A stretch of 64,000 nucleotides of DNA from Candidatus Undinarchaeota archaeon (GCA_964519305.1 CAZFHY010000009.1:1-64000); one strand, 5' to 3'; counted from the stretch's first letter, positions 30,738-41,434 are shown. Numbers and translations are program-made. The notes: generated by a model not told the origin, from the letters alone.

Positions 30738-31664
30738 CTATCCGACCAGTTCCGTGAAGGTCCGGTTCTTGGAGATGTCCGTACCGAGCTCCTGGGCCGC
30801 GTCGGCCACTATGGCATCCGCCACGGCAACGGCCGGGAACACGTGCGGCGCGTGCTCGATCGGACCGTAGAGCAGGTAATCGGCGCACATGGCGACCTGG
30901 AGCACGTTGGTAGCGACATCTACGCAGTCCTTTACCTTCCGGTCCTTATCGCTGAGCCAGGGGAGCGAGGCAGGAGCGTTGTGGATGCCCGAGCCCACAG
31001 GGTGTCCCCACTTTGCCTTGGCGGCCAGAGCAGTGCGCACCGCCACACCGGCGCCATTGCCGATAGGCGTCACTGCCGGGTCCACGAGCACTTTTGTGAT
31101 GCCCGCGGCCGACGCCAGGTCCAGTAGTCCGGTATCCGTGACATCACCCCCGTCCTCAAGCAGCTTGAGCCGCCCGTTCAGACCGGAATCCTTGGGATTG
31201 AAGGCGAGCACGATGGCGCAGCTCACACCGGACGAACGCAGCGCCTCGATCTCTTCATCCGTGACGGTCAGGTTGAGCGAATTATAGACTATGCGGTCGA
31301 TAGCGCCCGCCTCGACCGCCCAGCGCACGCCAGCTAGCCGTACGTCGAGCGACGGGCTGTCCACCAGCAGCGGACCCGTGGTGGCGTCGGCAGCGAAGTT
31401 GAGGTAGTTCTCCATTGCCTCGGAGTGGGCTGCGAAAACATGGAGGAGGGCCGGATTGCCCGTTTCCTCCGCAGCGGCCTCGTGTGCAGCTACCAGCTTC
31501 TTGGCACGCTTCTTATCGAAGTCGCCCTGCTTCATGTCATGGACGATATCGTGACCCTCGTAGAAGATGGTCGCGGCAAGTGCCGTGGGGTGTTCCCCCG
31601 GCTGACCGCCGATGGTCGCACCGGCCACCTCGATCGTCCGCTGTTCAGTCTGGAACCTTAACAT
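30738..31664 (-). CDS. mtrH: Tetrahydromethanopterin S-methyltransferase subunit H (MtrH/MtxH family)
   Basis: Start MLRFQTEQ at 31664. IGGQPGEHPTALAATIFYEGH, LLVDS, YNSLN, GSGIHN, DYLLYGPIE. Confidence 0.9.
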   Translation of the reverse strand: MLRFQTEQRTIEVAGATIGGQPGEHPTALAATIFYEGHDIVHDMKQGDFDKKRAKKLVAAHEAAAEETGNPALLHVFAAHSEAMENYLNFAADATTGPLLVDSPSLDVRLAGVRWAVEAGAIDRIVYNSLNLTVTDEEIEALRSSGVSCAIVLAFNPKDSGLNGRLKLLEDGGDVTDTGLLDLASAAGITKVLVDPAVTPIGNGAGVAVRTALAAKAKWGHPVGSGIHNAPASLPWLSDKDRKVKDCVDVATNVLQVAMCADYLLYGPIEHAPHVFPAVAVADAIVADAAQELGTDISKNRTFTELVG

Positions 31665-32305
31665 GATACTAACCCCCGTACTGCGTCGATGCGCACCTGT
31701 CCTCCGACATGGACCGGATGGGTGAGGTAGACGCACCCGGTGAAGGGGTCCACCTCGATGGCCGGGTCCGCTGACAGCCACACGTCGCCGTGAGGCGTTC
31801 CGGTGGGCGGTAGAGTCGTGATCCGTCTCCGGACCTCGACCTCCATAGGCCCTCCCGGGTAGTCCTCGCTCACCTGGTCGTCGAGTTCGCGGACCGTCCG
31901 CGCGATCAGGTCTGGATCATCGATGCCCACCATATCGACCAGCTCAACCTGACGGCGGAAGCGCTCCACGGCCTCAGGTCCTATGTTCTCGATCCGTGGG
32001 ACAGCACCGGTGGCGTCCTTGATCACGCCTTCATCATCGATGCCTTCCCTATGAAGGCAGACCATGGCGTTGCCCGAACGATGGCCCACGACCTCGCTCC
32101 CGGCCACCACCATGAAACGGATGGCGGTATTGGCGATTACATTGACGATGATGCGCTCCAGCCCGAGGTTCTCGGTCTTGCATGAGCCCACGAGGAGAGC
32201 CTCGATGTCCGAGAAGCGCTCTTTGTTGGAACCTACCGTGACGACCACTACCCTGCTGTCCTTCCTGACCTGGATAAAGTCGCCTTTCACGCGCGGCCAC
32301 GCCAC
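31658..32305 (-). CDS. mtrA: Corrinoid protein MtrA/MtxA family, no C-terminal membrane anchor
   Basis: WP..GD, GSCKTENLGLERIIVNVIANTAIRF, GSEVVGH (cobalt-ligand His), GAVPRIENI, AVERFRRQVELVD. Confidence 0.88.
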   Translation of the reverse strand: MAWPRVKGDFIQVRKDSRVVVVTVGSNKERFSDIEALLVGSCKTENLGLERIIVNVIANTAIRFMVVAGSEVVGHRSGNAMVCLHREGIDDEGVIKDATGAVPRIENIGPEAVERFRRQVELVDMVGIDDPDLIARTVRELDDQVSEDYPGGPMEVEVRRRITTLPPTGTPHGDVWLSADPAIEVDPFTGCVYLTHPVHVGGQVRIDAVRGLVSC

Positions 32306-32342
32306 AAACGTGAAAAACCTTTCGTATTTTAAAAGCCTTTAC

Positions 32343-33131
32343 ATGGCACGAAGACGACGACGGCTCGGTGCATGGGATAGGGTCAAACGTGTCATCAGAT
32401 CCTCATATGTTGTGCTCGAAGTGCTCGATGCCCGTTCCCCTGACACGACACGATGCCACAAGCTCGAGGGATTCGCCCGCCGACTGCACAAGAGCATCGT
32501 TCTCGTCGTGAACAAGACCGACCTCGTGGATGAAGCTGATGCCAAGGCGACCCAGCGCCGTCTGGCGACCGATCTTCCTTGCGTTCTTGTGTCCGCGAAG
32601 TCCGGAAAGGGCAGGAACCGTCTAAAGGCCCATCTGCGGCCCAAGGCAGGGTCCGATATCCGCGTAGCGGTGTTCGGCTATCCCAATGTCGGTAAGTCGA
32701 GCATCATCAACATGCTCACGCGCCGGGGCAAGGCACGGACGTCACCAGAACCCGGATTCACCAAGGGCGAACAGTGGATCAGGATGGACGAGAACATCCT
32801 CCTCCTGGACACTCCAGGAGTGATCCCGAGGGACGAGGCGGCCGTCGATCTCGCCCTACTAGGTGCTTGGGACATCGACAAGCTCCGCGATCCGGTCCCT
32901 GTTGCCTGGAAGCTCATCGAACACCTCACCGCCAAGCATCCTGCGGTCATAGTGCACTACGGCGGTGATCCATCCCTTTCCACTCACGAAGTGCTCGAAG
33001 CGATCGCGCGTTCCCGTGGACGGCTGCTCCAAGGCGGGGAGCCGGACGTGGACGAGATGGCCAAGATCCTCGTCCGCGACTGGTACCGTGGCCGCATCGC
33101 CAAGATCATCACCGACGAGGACGGGGATTGA
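32343..33131 (+). CDS. Circularly permuted GTPase, YlqF/RbgA family (ribosome biogenesis)
   Basis: EVLDARSP, NKTD (G4), VSAK (G5), GYPNVGKSS (G1), PGFTKGEQW (G2), DTPG (G3). Start ATG at 32343. Confidence 0.9.
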   Translation: MARRRRRLGAWDRVKRVIRSSYVVLEVLDARSPDTTRCHKLEGFARRLHKSIVLVVNKTDLVDEADAKATQRRLATDLPCVLVSAKSGKGRNRLKAHLRPKAGSDIRVAVFGYPNVGKSSIINMLTRRGKARTSPEPGFTKGEQWIRMDENILLLDTPGVIPRDEAAVDLALLGAWDIDKLRDPVPVAWKLIEHLTAKHPAVIVHYGGDPSLSTHEVLEAIARSRGRLLQGGEPDVDEMAKILVRDWYRGRIAKIITDEDGD

Positions 33132-33170
33132 ACCCGGGTCTTGCCTCTGGTTTTATATAGGTTCGGTGCC

Positions 33171-33773
33171 ATGTCTAGGATGATGCGTCGTACGCTCGGT
33201 AGTTGTCTGGTCGCTCTCGCCCTATTATCCGTGCTCGTCACGGCCGGTCCCTGCGACGATGCTGGCGACAAGAACACATGCTGGGTCAACCAGGCGAAGC
33301 TCATGGCCAAGACCGATCCACGGGGGGCCGTGGCCGTGTGCACCGACGAGCTCACCGACATCGACTGGACCGACTGGTGCCTTGCCACCGTGGGACCCGA
33401 GATAGCTACGGTGGACCCGGCCCGCGGGTCCTCTGTTTGCGACATGGTCGAGGACGGCTCGTGGAAGAGCAAATGCCGCTCCAAGGTGGGCGAAGTGCCC
33501 GAGCCCGTTGGCCCGCCACCCGATACGACAGGGGCGACCTCATATCCCATGCTCGTAGGAGGTCTGTTCGCCCTTGCCCTGCTGGCCGTTGTCAAGTTCA
33601 AGCTCATGGCCCACGAGCCTGAGCATCTAGCCGTTGATGAGGGTGACGAGATGAGCCGTGTGAAGCGGTACGTTGCCGAACAACGCACCCATGGTCACGA
33701 CGATAATGATATCAGGGCGATGCTCAAGCGTCACGACTACCCTTCCGATGTGATCGAGAAGGTCCTGAAGTAA
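33171..33773 (+). CDS. Single-pass membrane protein with Cys-containing ectodomain and helical cytoplasmic tail
   Basis: Signal peptide, CW/C..C pairs, TM LVGGLFALALLAVV, tail YVAEQRTHGHDDNDIRAMLKRHDYPSDVIEKV. Confidence 0.72.
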   Translation: MSRMMRRTLGSCLVALALLSVLVTAGPCDDAGDKNTCWVNQAKLMAKTDPRGAVAVCTDELTDIDWTDWCLATVGPEIATVDPARGSSVCDMVEDGSWKSKCRSKVGEVPEPVGPPPDTTGATSYPMLVGGLFALALLAVVKFKLMAHEPEHLAVDEGDEMSRVKRYVAEQRTHGHDDNDIRAMLKRHDYPSDVIEKVLK

Positions 33774-33905
33774 GGCCGACGGCCACCATTGAAGGTTTTT
33801 TAAAGCTGTGTCAGGATTCGTTCTTGTACGGATGCCCGTGCGCTAGTAATACTGCAGGCCATCCATCGACGGTATACCGAACTGAACGTAAAAGGAGCGA
33901 TTAGA

Positions 33906-34472
33906 ATGGACGTAGAACAAGCCATCCGGAAGCGACGGTCGTACCGTGCACTGGAGGAGACCGAGATCACGCAACGCCTTATCGATCATCTTGCTGGCGC
34001 AGCGCAGCTCGCGCCCTCTTGCTTCAACAAGCAGCCGTGGAGGTACGTGTTCGTTCATGAAACGGATACGCTGTTCAGACTGCAGGAATGCCTCTCGCCC
34101 GGGAACCATTGGGCTAACGCGGCGAACCTCATCATCGCCGTGGTGAGCAAGAAAGAACTTGACTGCTCGGTGGAGGGACGGGACTACTACCTATTCGACA
34201 CGGGCATGGCCACCGGCATCCTCATGCTGCGCGCGACCGAGCTCGGTCTTGTCGCACATCCGATCGCCGGTTATGACGAGATCAAGGCCAAGAAGGTCCT
34301 GGACATCCCCGACGAACTCCAGCTCATCACCCTGCTCATCGTAGGCAAGCAATCTAAACGGAACATAGATGCGCTCCCCGACCATCAGCAGGAGTCCGAG
34401 CGGACACGACCCGATCGTCTCCCCCTCGACAAGATCGCTTTCAAGGACCGGTATCCGGACACTGAGGAATAG
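33906..34472 (+). CDS. Nitroreductase family protein
   Basis: AIRKRRSYR, APSCFNKQPWRY, DTGMA, LRATELGL. Confidence 0.9.
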   Translation: MDVEQAIRKRRSYRALEETEITQRLIDHLAGAAQLAPSCFNKQPWRYVFVHETDTLFRLQECLSPGNHWANAANLIIAVVSKKELDCSVEGRDYYLFDTGMATGILMLRATELGLVAHPIAGYDEIKAKKVLDIPDELQLITLLIVGKQSKRNIDALPDHQQESERTRPDRLPLDKIAFKDRYPDTEE

Positions 34473-34552
34473 GACGCCCGTGTAGCCTGTCAGGGCACGG
34501 CCTGTGAACGACCCGTAACCGATGCTGGTCCGTTGCAGGAGCTACTTGATGC

Positions 34553-37500
34553 TCAGTCCCGCCGACGGCCCAAGTAAGCTCCTGCTAGCGCGAGAAGTGT
34601 CAGCGACTCAACTACACCCACACCAGGCGCGGTAACCAGATCGGAACCACCCGTGGAGCCTGACAGGACCACGAGGTTGACGGTGAGAGGTTCTGCGCGT
34701 ATCTCTTGCGGAACGGTGGCCATCGCCTCGATAACGAGGCTCGTGGTCCCGACCTTGCCCGCGATTATCGGGATCTGGATGACGCGCTGTTCGCCCTTGG
34801 CCAGCTTGTACGTGCACGTCTTGACCCCTACGTTCTCACCACAGTCAAGGACGACGTTGGTGGTGGCCGAGCCTGAGACGGTGAGCGTCACCGCTATCTC
34901 GCCCTCGTAGGGGTTCTGGATGTACACAGGGTAGAGGTGCATCGCACCCACGGTGAGCGCGAGCGACTTGGGCTGGCCCTCCGGATCGAAGAACGGCAGG
35001 TCGTCGACGCACATGGCCCTTAGCGGTGACCAGAACCATCCTGACCGGCAGCAACGGCCGACGGCAGTGATGCAGTTGCCTGTGACGCACTCCCAGTTGT
35101 ACCGACAGGTGCCGATCCGGTATCCGCCCACCTTCAGGTTCACCTTGAAGGGTATGTTCTGGACCACATCGCGACACTCTGCACCGCTCTCCAGGTCGGG
35201 ATCGCCCTTACACACGGTCGATGTGATCTTCACGGTGAAGTCAGTGGGACCCGATACAGGCAGGACCACGTACTTAGAGGCACGGGGTTGGAGTGTCAGG
35301 TTGTAGTACACACCGTCCGAGATAGTCAGCGGCTTGCCTGCCGCGTTGATGACCTGTATAGACACGGGCATCTTGAAGTCCGTGGGGTTCTTGATGAACA
35401 CCGGCACATCGATGATCTCGCCGGGACCAGTGGTTATCACGTTGGCCTTCACGTCCTTGGACCGGTCGCACTCGGCCTTGGACTGCTTGCACGCTTCAGA
35501 GCTCTCGTCCTCGAAGCAGGCATCGGAGAAGCACGCGTCCGAGATGGTCGCTTCGAACCCGCCGACGGTGATCGGGATCTTGTTGACCACCTTGTTGGCG
35601 AACGTACCATCGCCCACCTGGTTCTTGCTCTCCACGATGAGCTCGCCCTTCACGGGTCCGCTCACCGGGATGCGCACGATCTTGGTGGTCCGCGCCTCCA
35701 CGTGGCAGCCGCCGATGGAGGACATGTCGAGGTCGTTGGAGATCTTCGTGCCATCGTCCTTCTCGTACGCGAACGAGATGGCGCACTCCATCTCCGAGTC
35801 GGCGGTGTTGGACACCACGGCCTCGATGTAGTCCTTGCCGATAGCGGCCTGCTGGATCATCTGGGTGTTCTGGAAGAACACGCCCTGGCTCTCGCCTTCT
35901 TGCACGCCCACAGTCTCGCCTGTGGCGAGCTTGGCGGTGACGAACACCGTCACCTCGCCAACGTTCTCCAGCGCGGCCTCGAGGTCGGCAGGTGCCGTCG
36001 GGCACTCACCGGCAACGCAGTGCGCGATGCGCACCTTGATGTAGTAGGTCGCGATGCCCTCGCTGGTCACGTTGAACACGTACTGGTTGTCCGTCTCGGC
36101 ACCAAGGTCCTTGGGCGGATCGGGTAGGGTCTTGATCGGTGCGTGGTCTGCGTCAAAGATCTCGACCTTAAGGCCGAGCGGATAGGACAGGCGGTTGTCG
36201 ATACCGTAGTACCGGTTAAGCGTGGTCTGGGCGTCCTCGAGCGTGTACGTCAGTTCGTCAACGTTCAGCGCGCAAGCATCGTTCTCGCACGTAACGATGA
36301 ACGCGAGGTTCGCCACGAGCTGTGCCTTGGCCTCGTCATCTGTCAGGTCATCTTCCGTGACCTCACCTATCTCGATGTCCGTTTCAACGGACGTGGTGAT
36401 CCACGAGTCGTAGTAGATTAGCTGTGCGCCAGCGAACACGGCGTACTTGATCTGTAGGTCGGTGATCGAGGTCACTGTGAACTCGACGATCCTCGACTCT
36501 CCGGGAGCTATGCCGGAGAGCATTATGGATGCCAGCGTCTTGACACCGGTGGAAACGTTGACCTCTACTGAGACCGTGCTGCCGAGCTGGTTGGTGACCT
36601 TCAGGTACTTCTTTTTGACCTGGTCGATGTTGGTACGCATGCTCAGCACGGGCGGTGGTGAGATACCATCGAGCACGAACTCAGCGTCCGGGACGATACC
36701 TTCCACATCGGTGACGTCGGTGAGGCTTGTCTGTGCCTCGGGAACGGGCGGTAGTGGTGTGTAGCAGTCCGCGGGGCACTTGTTGGGACCGGTCTTCTCG
36801 TCCTCCTGACATACACCATCGGGGCAGGAGGCATCGAGGCAGTCGGCACAGTCGGGGCCCTCGCCCTTCGCGGGCTCGCACTCCCCGTCATTATCGCACG
36901 ACTCGCACACTCCACAGTCGGACGGGCAGTTCTCGCAGCTCTCGCCCTGGATCATGTCGCAGACAAGGGTGCCCGTGATCGGGTCGGGGACACCGCACAT
37001 GTCCGGCAACTGACAATCGTCAGGTGCGTTCTGCCAGCTCTCCCAATAGTCACAGAAGCCGTCAGCGCACACCGTCTGATCACCGGCCTGCTCGCCGGTC
37101 AGACCGCAGCAGTCGGCGGGGCACGTGTCCGTGGTCTCGCCGCGCTCGGATTGGCAGTTGTGGTCGCCGCAGACGTAGATCGGCGCAAGGCAGTCGCGCG
37201 GTAGCGGATCTAGACCCAGCTCGATTATATCGCACACATCGTTGTCCTGACACTCCTGAGGACAGTCCCCGTCGGTCAATGGATCGCACGCACCGTTGTC
37301 GCACGTGACCGGGCATGGGCCGCAGTCGTTGTCGTGGTCGGTGCAGTCCTCGCCCACCTCGCATCCGTTGGCGTCGGGGATGTGGCGTACGACCTCGCAC
37401 TCCTCGCAGATACCGCAGTTGGCCGCGCCCCCGCTGACGGTGCAGCACTCGTTGTAGAGGCACTCCGAGATGGGACCGCAATGGCCGGGGAAGCACGGTG

Positions 37501-40500
37501 ATGGACCGCTGGCCAGCGGTTCCATGCACAGCCCGCCATCGTCGGGCGAACAGTAGCCTTCTATGGAGGAATCGTCCTTGAAGAGCCGGCAGTCCGAGCC
37601 CGCGCCCAGCCAGCTGATGGTGATCTCCTTTGTCTCGAATGATCCCTGGGCGTCACGGTCCACCTGCTTGCAGTAGCGTTTTTCGGTGTCACCGGGCAGG
37701 GTCCGCGTGTGCGTGTCATCGTCGTAGCTCGAGCAATCGCACAGGTCCACGTACTTGAACTTCAGGGTGAAGCCGCGGTTGAACGAAGATTGCATGAACT
37801 GCCAGGTGTTGCACTCGACCTGGTACACGAGGATGCGGTTCTGTCCGGGCCGCAGGGTGTTGGAGACCAGCGGTTCGGCCGAGAGCGTGCAGAAGTTGGA
37901 CTTCCAGCTGGGATCGGGCTCGTCGTTCCCGAGATATAGCTGGTTCTCCCGCGGGTCGTAGTTTAGGATGTAGTCGTAGAGGTCGAAGCCGTTCTTGAGG
38001 TAGGCGATACCGTCCCCCACGTTGGTGAGCACTACCCTGATCTTCTGCACAGGCGAGCAGTGGGGCCATTCGTCATACCCGTCCGGTATGGCCGTGGTCA
38101 CCGTGGCGCTGGACACGACGACGTCGGCGGAGCGCCATATACCTGTTTGTCGGGTACCCTTGTGCTCGTCGAGCGCGTTGAAGAGCCGCAGTTCGTACTT
38201 GGGCCGGGTCATCTGGTCGGGGCCGAACGACTCCGTGGGCGTGAAGCTGCAGTCACCCTCGCACGAGGTGGCACCCTCGCCACAGGTACCTGTGGTGATC
38301 TGGCATTCCGGTGATGCGCCATCGTACTCGAACACCTTGTCATCATGATCATCGCCATGACGCAGGGATATCTTGCGCAGCTCGGTGGTGCACTGGCTCG
38401 TGAACCTGAAATAGAGCGGATCGCCCTTGGCGGGGCAGATGTTCAGGTCGAGGTCCACGGGCGGATCGTAGATGGCGATCTGGGGTTTCTGGATCTTGAT
38501 GTAGAACTCCCCGCACTCGCACCGCTCCTCGTCGAACGCACAGGTAGTTGGATCGCACGTGATGCTCCCGTCCTCGTCAACGTCCCGGGCTATGAGTATC
38601 TTGTGCTGGCCGAAGGGCGTCGATTCGGGAATCCGGATGGAACAGGTAGCGTCCTTCCTGTACTCCTTTCCCGTGCCAGCGTTACAGGTGCCAAGCTTGC
38701 GATCGTCGGCGATGCGGTCCAGGTACACGACAGCCTCGGGGCTCGAGCAGGTCACGGTGTAGGAGAAGGTGATGGTCGCTCCCGGGCACAGCTCGGTGAT
38801 GGGGGGTGCTTCGGTTAGCGTGATCTGGGGGTCCGCCACTTCGAACCCGAGGTCGGCCTGGCCCATCCGCCAGCCGTCGGCGCCCTTTGCAGAGTTGCAC
38901 GAACCGAACTTGCAGATGCTGCTCAGACCGCTGTCGGAGTACTGGTTGCACCCCCAGGCCCTGTCGCCCTCGCCACCGCAGTCGGGGCACACGAAGTTGC
39001 CCTGCGTGTCACAGACACGGGTGGCGGTGTCCACGTAGATGGTGTAGACACCGGGTGCTCTGGGCCCGAGGTATGTCTTCCCGGTATTGGCCCGGTAGTC
39101 GATGTCGTTCCCGGGCGCGTGACCGTAGCGTCGCCAGACATCGCATGTCTGTCCGTCCGATGCACGCAGGTAGGCGATGGCACCGGGGCTCGAGAGGACC
39201 GAGTTGCACGAACTGTCCTTGCACAGCATGCACTTACTCGTGGAGAGGTAGTTCTCGGACTTACCGCCCATGTCGATGATAGGCGACTTGTGCGGATCGC
39301 ACACGGGATTGGACCCGGCGTAATTGATATCACCACACCTCGAGATGCGACCATAGGAGTTGAACGAACCGGTGTTGCGTGCACCGTTCGAGCACACGAG
39401 GTTGTACTGGCTCACGGTGACGTAGAACTGTAGCGCGTCACCCGGACAGATCTGGTTGCCTGTCCGGTCCGGGTCGATATCCACGTTTATAGCACCGGAG
39501 TAGGAGATACCTGTGCTCTGAGTGGCCCCGACGCTGTGGGTGCAATGTGAACCGGCACAGGTGGCGCCGAGGTTCACCTTGCAGTTACCGTTCTTGCACG
39601 TGAACGTCTCATCGGCGTTCTGTCCGGCGAGCCTGAGCTTCACGGCCTGTGAGCCCGTGGTGGTCTTGGGATTGATGGCAAGACGACACCAGGGGTCCGG
39701 GTCCTGTTGTATCGTGGAACCCCCGTTCTCGAGCGACGTGGGTCCCGGACACGTACCTTGGAGCTTGTCCCCCAAGATCACGTCGAAGTAGGTGCCGGGC
39801 GGGTAGCACCGGCTCGCGATATGGAGGTAGAGCGATGCCGACAGACAGGTGCTGTCAGGGAACACGTACAAATCGATTCCCTTCTGGGCGATATCGAGGG
39901 TGACGCTGTCCGAGTCCTCGTAGTACATCCCGGACTGGGGCGCTTTTGCGACGATGTTGACCGATGTCTTGCTGAAGTCCGAGGGGAGCTTGAGCTCGAC
40001 GTACCCGAAGGCGTCCGGGGTCTGGGTCGCACCTATCTGCAGGTCACCGTCGAACATCTTGACGGCCACATGATTGCTACGGACGACGCCCTGACCCCAT
40101 TCATCGATGACGCGGACCTTGAACCTCACACCTGTGCATCCGCTCGGTGGAAGCTCGGTGACGGTCAACTTGCTGACAAGCTTCAGATCGGTGATGGCCG
40201 TGGAGTAACCGTTCTTGAAGGCCACGATCTCAAGGTCGCCCACGAAGTAGGCCATGTCGATGATCGCTTCTGCGGCGGAGTCCCAGGTGAACCTGCCTGT
40301 AGCGTCCGTGGTCCCTTGGGTCATGATCGTCTTGGTCTCGGCGTCACGCACCTCGATGTTCGCTTCCGGGACCGGGTCGTTGGAACTGGTCACAACGAAA
40401 CTGACTGTGCTCTCCGGGTGGATGCTGTTCACCTCCTGGTCGGAAACGTCAAGGATCTTGACGTCGATGATAGGGATGTCGATGGGGATGAACTGCTCCA

Positions 40501-41434
40501 TCTCCTGGAACGCGCCGAGCTCGTCCTTGGCGAAGGCGACAAGGCGGTAGTTGCCGTAGTCGACGTTGTGCAGTTCGCACTCCATGGCGTCACCGTCAAC
40601 AGAGCACTGATCGATTTTCCCTCCTTCCGGGTTGTAGAGCGCCAACGTCTTTTCCACGATCTCGTCATCCTCGGGATCGTTCCAAGTGATCGCTATGTCG
40701 AACTTCGTTATGGTGTCACCGCCCGAAGGGATGGTGTGGACCTCGATGCTCGCATCAGCGGCACGGGGGTGGAAGTTGGTGATGGCCAGGCGAGCACCTG
40801 TGCTGTCCCACTCATCCTCGCCCGAGTCGATGAAGATACCGCAGCCCAGGATAGGTGTTCCCAACGGATCGAACCGGAAGTAGAGGAAGTCGTTGTCGAT
40901 CCGGTCGATGGTCGCCTCGATCCGGTGATCGGCCATGGTCATCTCGCATGTATTGGTTATGGCCTCTGACCCGCGGAACTCGAACCATTCGTCACCGTTC
41001 TCCGGATCACAGTCCAATGTAGGGTAGTATGTATCGCTCGAGCAGAGGGCTACTCGGTACTCGGGAGGTGCCTCACAGTTGGTGGAAGCATAGTACCACA
41101 GCTCTGCTTTGTGATTACTGTAAGCCGTCGTGTTGAACAGCACTCGGACGTACTTGGGGTTCTGGGAAGGATCGTGATGCTGTGGTTCGTTTGTGATGCA
41201 TGCCTCGTTGCGTGTGAACCGCTTCCAGAGACAGGGATCATCCTCCTCACCTGAAGCGACAGCGCAGGCCGCGTCGATGATTGCATTGGTCACATTGTCG
41301 TCCTCACCGCTCTCGATGAGGACTATGAGCGTATCCTTTGAGCGGGCCTCACCTCCTTCCCCTACTGCCGGCAGCAGCACGAGAGCCAGGAACACGCATG
41401 TAATGAACAGGGCATCTTTTCGATCTATCGACAT
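34553..41434 (-). CDS. Giant (2293 aa) Cys-rich multidomain surface protein with PGF-CTERM-like C-terminus
   Basis: Signal peptide, Ig-like domains, C.DG.C...E...CP.DC repeats, C-terminal APGVGVVESLTLLALAGAYLGRRRD. TATAAAAA and GGAGGT upstream. Confidence 0.85.
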   Translation of the reverse strand: MSIDRKDALFITCVFLALVLLPAVGEGGEARSKDTLIVLIESGEDDNVTNAIIDAACAVASGEEDDPCLWKRFTRNEACITNEPQHHDPSQNPKYVRVLFNTTAYSNHKAELWYYASTNCEAPPEYRVALCSSDTYYPTLDCDPENGDEWFEFRGSEAITNTCEMTMADHRIEATIDRIDNDFLYFRFDPLGTPILGCGIFIDSGEDEWDSTGARLAITNFHPRAADASIEVHTIPSGGDTITKFDIAITWNDPEDDEIVEKTLALYNPEGGKIDQCSVDGDAMECELHNVDYGNYRLVAFAKDELGAFQEMEQFIPIDIPIIDVKILDVSDQEVNSIHPESTVSFVVTSSNDPVPEANIEVRDAETKTIMTQGTTDATGRFTWDSAAEAIIDMAYFVGDLEIVAFKNGYSTAITDLKLVSKLTVTELPPSGCTGVRFKVRVIDEWGQGVVRSNHVAVKMFDGDLQIGATQTPDAFGYVELKLPSDFSKTSVNIVAKAPQSGMYYEDSDSVTLDIAQKGIDLYVFPDSTCLSASLYLHIASRCYPPGTYFDVILGDKLQGTCPGPTSLENGGSTIQQDPDPWCRLAINPKTTTGSQAVKLRLAGQNADETFTCKNGNCKVNLGATCAGSHCTHSVGATQSTGISYSGAINVDIDPDRTGNQICPGDALQFYVTVSQYNLVCSNGARNTGSFNSYGRISRCGDINYAGSNPVCDPHKSPIIDMGGKSENYLSTSKCMLCKDSSCNSVLSSPGAIAYLRASDGQTCDVWRRYGHAPGNDIDYRANTGKTYLGPRAPGVYTIYVDTATRVCDTQGNFVCPDCGGEGDRAWGCNQYSDSGLSSICKFGSCNSAKGADGWRMGQADLGFEVADPQITLTEAPPITELCPGATITFSYTVTCSSPEAVVYLDRIADDRKLGTCNAGTGKEYRKDATCSIRIPESTPFGQHKILIARDVDEDGSITCDPTTCAFDEERCECGEFYIKIQKPQIAIYDPPVDLDLNICPAKGDPLYFRFTSQCTTELRKISLRHGDDHDDKVFEYDGASPECQITTGTCGEGATSCEGDCSFTPTESFGPDQMTRPKYELRLFNALDEHKGTRQTGIWRSADVVVSSATVTTAIPDGYDEWPHCSPVQKIRVVLTNVGDGIAYLKNGFDLYDYILNYDPRENQLYLGNDEPDPSWKSNFCTLSAEPLVSNTLRPGQNRILVYQVECNTWQFMQSSFNRGFTLKFKYVDLCDCSSYDDDTHTRTLPGDTEKRYCKQVDRDAQGSFETKEITISWLGAGSDCRLFKDDSSIEGYCSPDDGGLCMEPLASGPSPCFPGHCGPISECLYNECCTVSGGAANCGICEECEVVRHIPDANGCEVGEDCTDHDNDCGPCPVTCDNGACDPLTDGDCPQECQDNDVCDIIELGLDPLPRDCLAPIYVCGDHNCQSERGETTDTCPADCCGLTGEQAGDQTVCADGFCDYWESWQNAPDDCQLPDMCGVPDPITGTLVCDMIQGESCENCPSDCGVCESCDNDGECEPAKGEGPDCADCLDASCPDGVCQEDEKTGPNKCPADCYTPLPPVPEAQTSLTDVTDVEGIVPDAEFVLDGISPPPVLSMRTNIDQVKKKYLKVTNQLGSTVSVEVNVSTGVKTLASIMLSGIAPGESRIVEFTVTSITDLQIKYAVFAGAQLIYYDSWITTSVETDIEIGEVTEDDLTDDEAKAQLVANLAFIVTCENDACALNVDELTYTLEDAQTTLNRYYGIDNRLSYPLGLKVEIFDADHAPIKTLPDPPKDLGAETDNQYVFNVTSEGIATYYIKVRIAHCVAGECPTAPADLEAALENVGEVTVFVTAKLATGETVGVQEGESQGVFFQNTQMIQQAAIGKDYIEAVVSNTADSEMECAISFAYEKDDGTKISNDLDMSSIGGCHVEARTTKIVRIPVSGPVKGELIVESKNQVGDGTFANKVVNKIPITVGGFEATISDACFSDACFEDESSEACKQSKAECDRSKDVKANVITTGPGEIIDVPVFIKNPTDFKMPVSIQVINAAGKPLTISDGVYYNLTLQPRASKYVVLPVSGPTDFTVKITSTVCKGDPDLESGAECRDVVQNIPFKVNLKVGGYRIGTCRYNWECVTGNCITAVGRCCRSGWFWSPLRAMCVDDLPFFDPEGQPKSLALTVGAMHLYPVYIQNPYEGEIAVTLTVSGSATTNVVLDCGENVGVKTCTYKLAKGEQRVIQIPIIAGKVGTTSLVIEAMATVPQEIRAEPLTVNLVVLSGSTGGSDLVTAPGVGVVESLTLLALAGAYLGRRRD

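Noticed and set aside
29537-32305. Evidence that the organism is a methanogen
   Set aside because: Only soluble mtrA/mtrH and marker 14 are present. There are no membrane Mtr subunits or mcr in the window.
32064-32342. N-terminal extension on the GTPase
   Set aside because: It is antisense to mtrA. The real start is ATG 32343.
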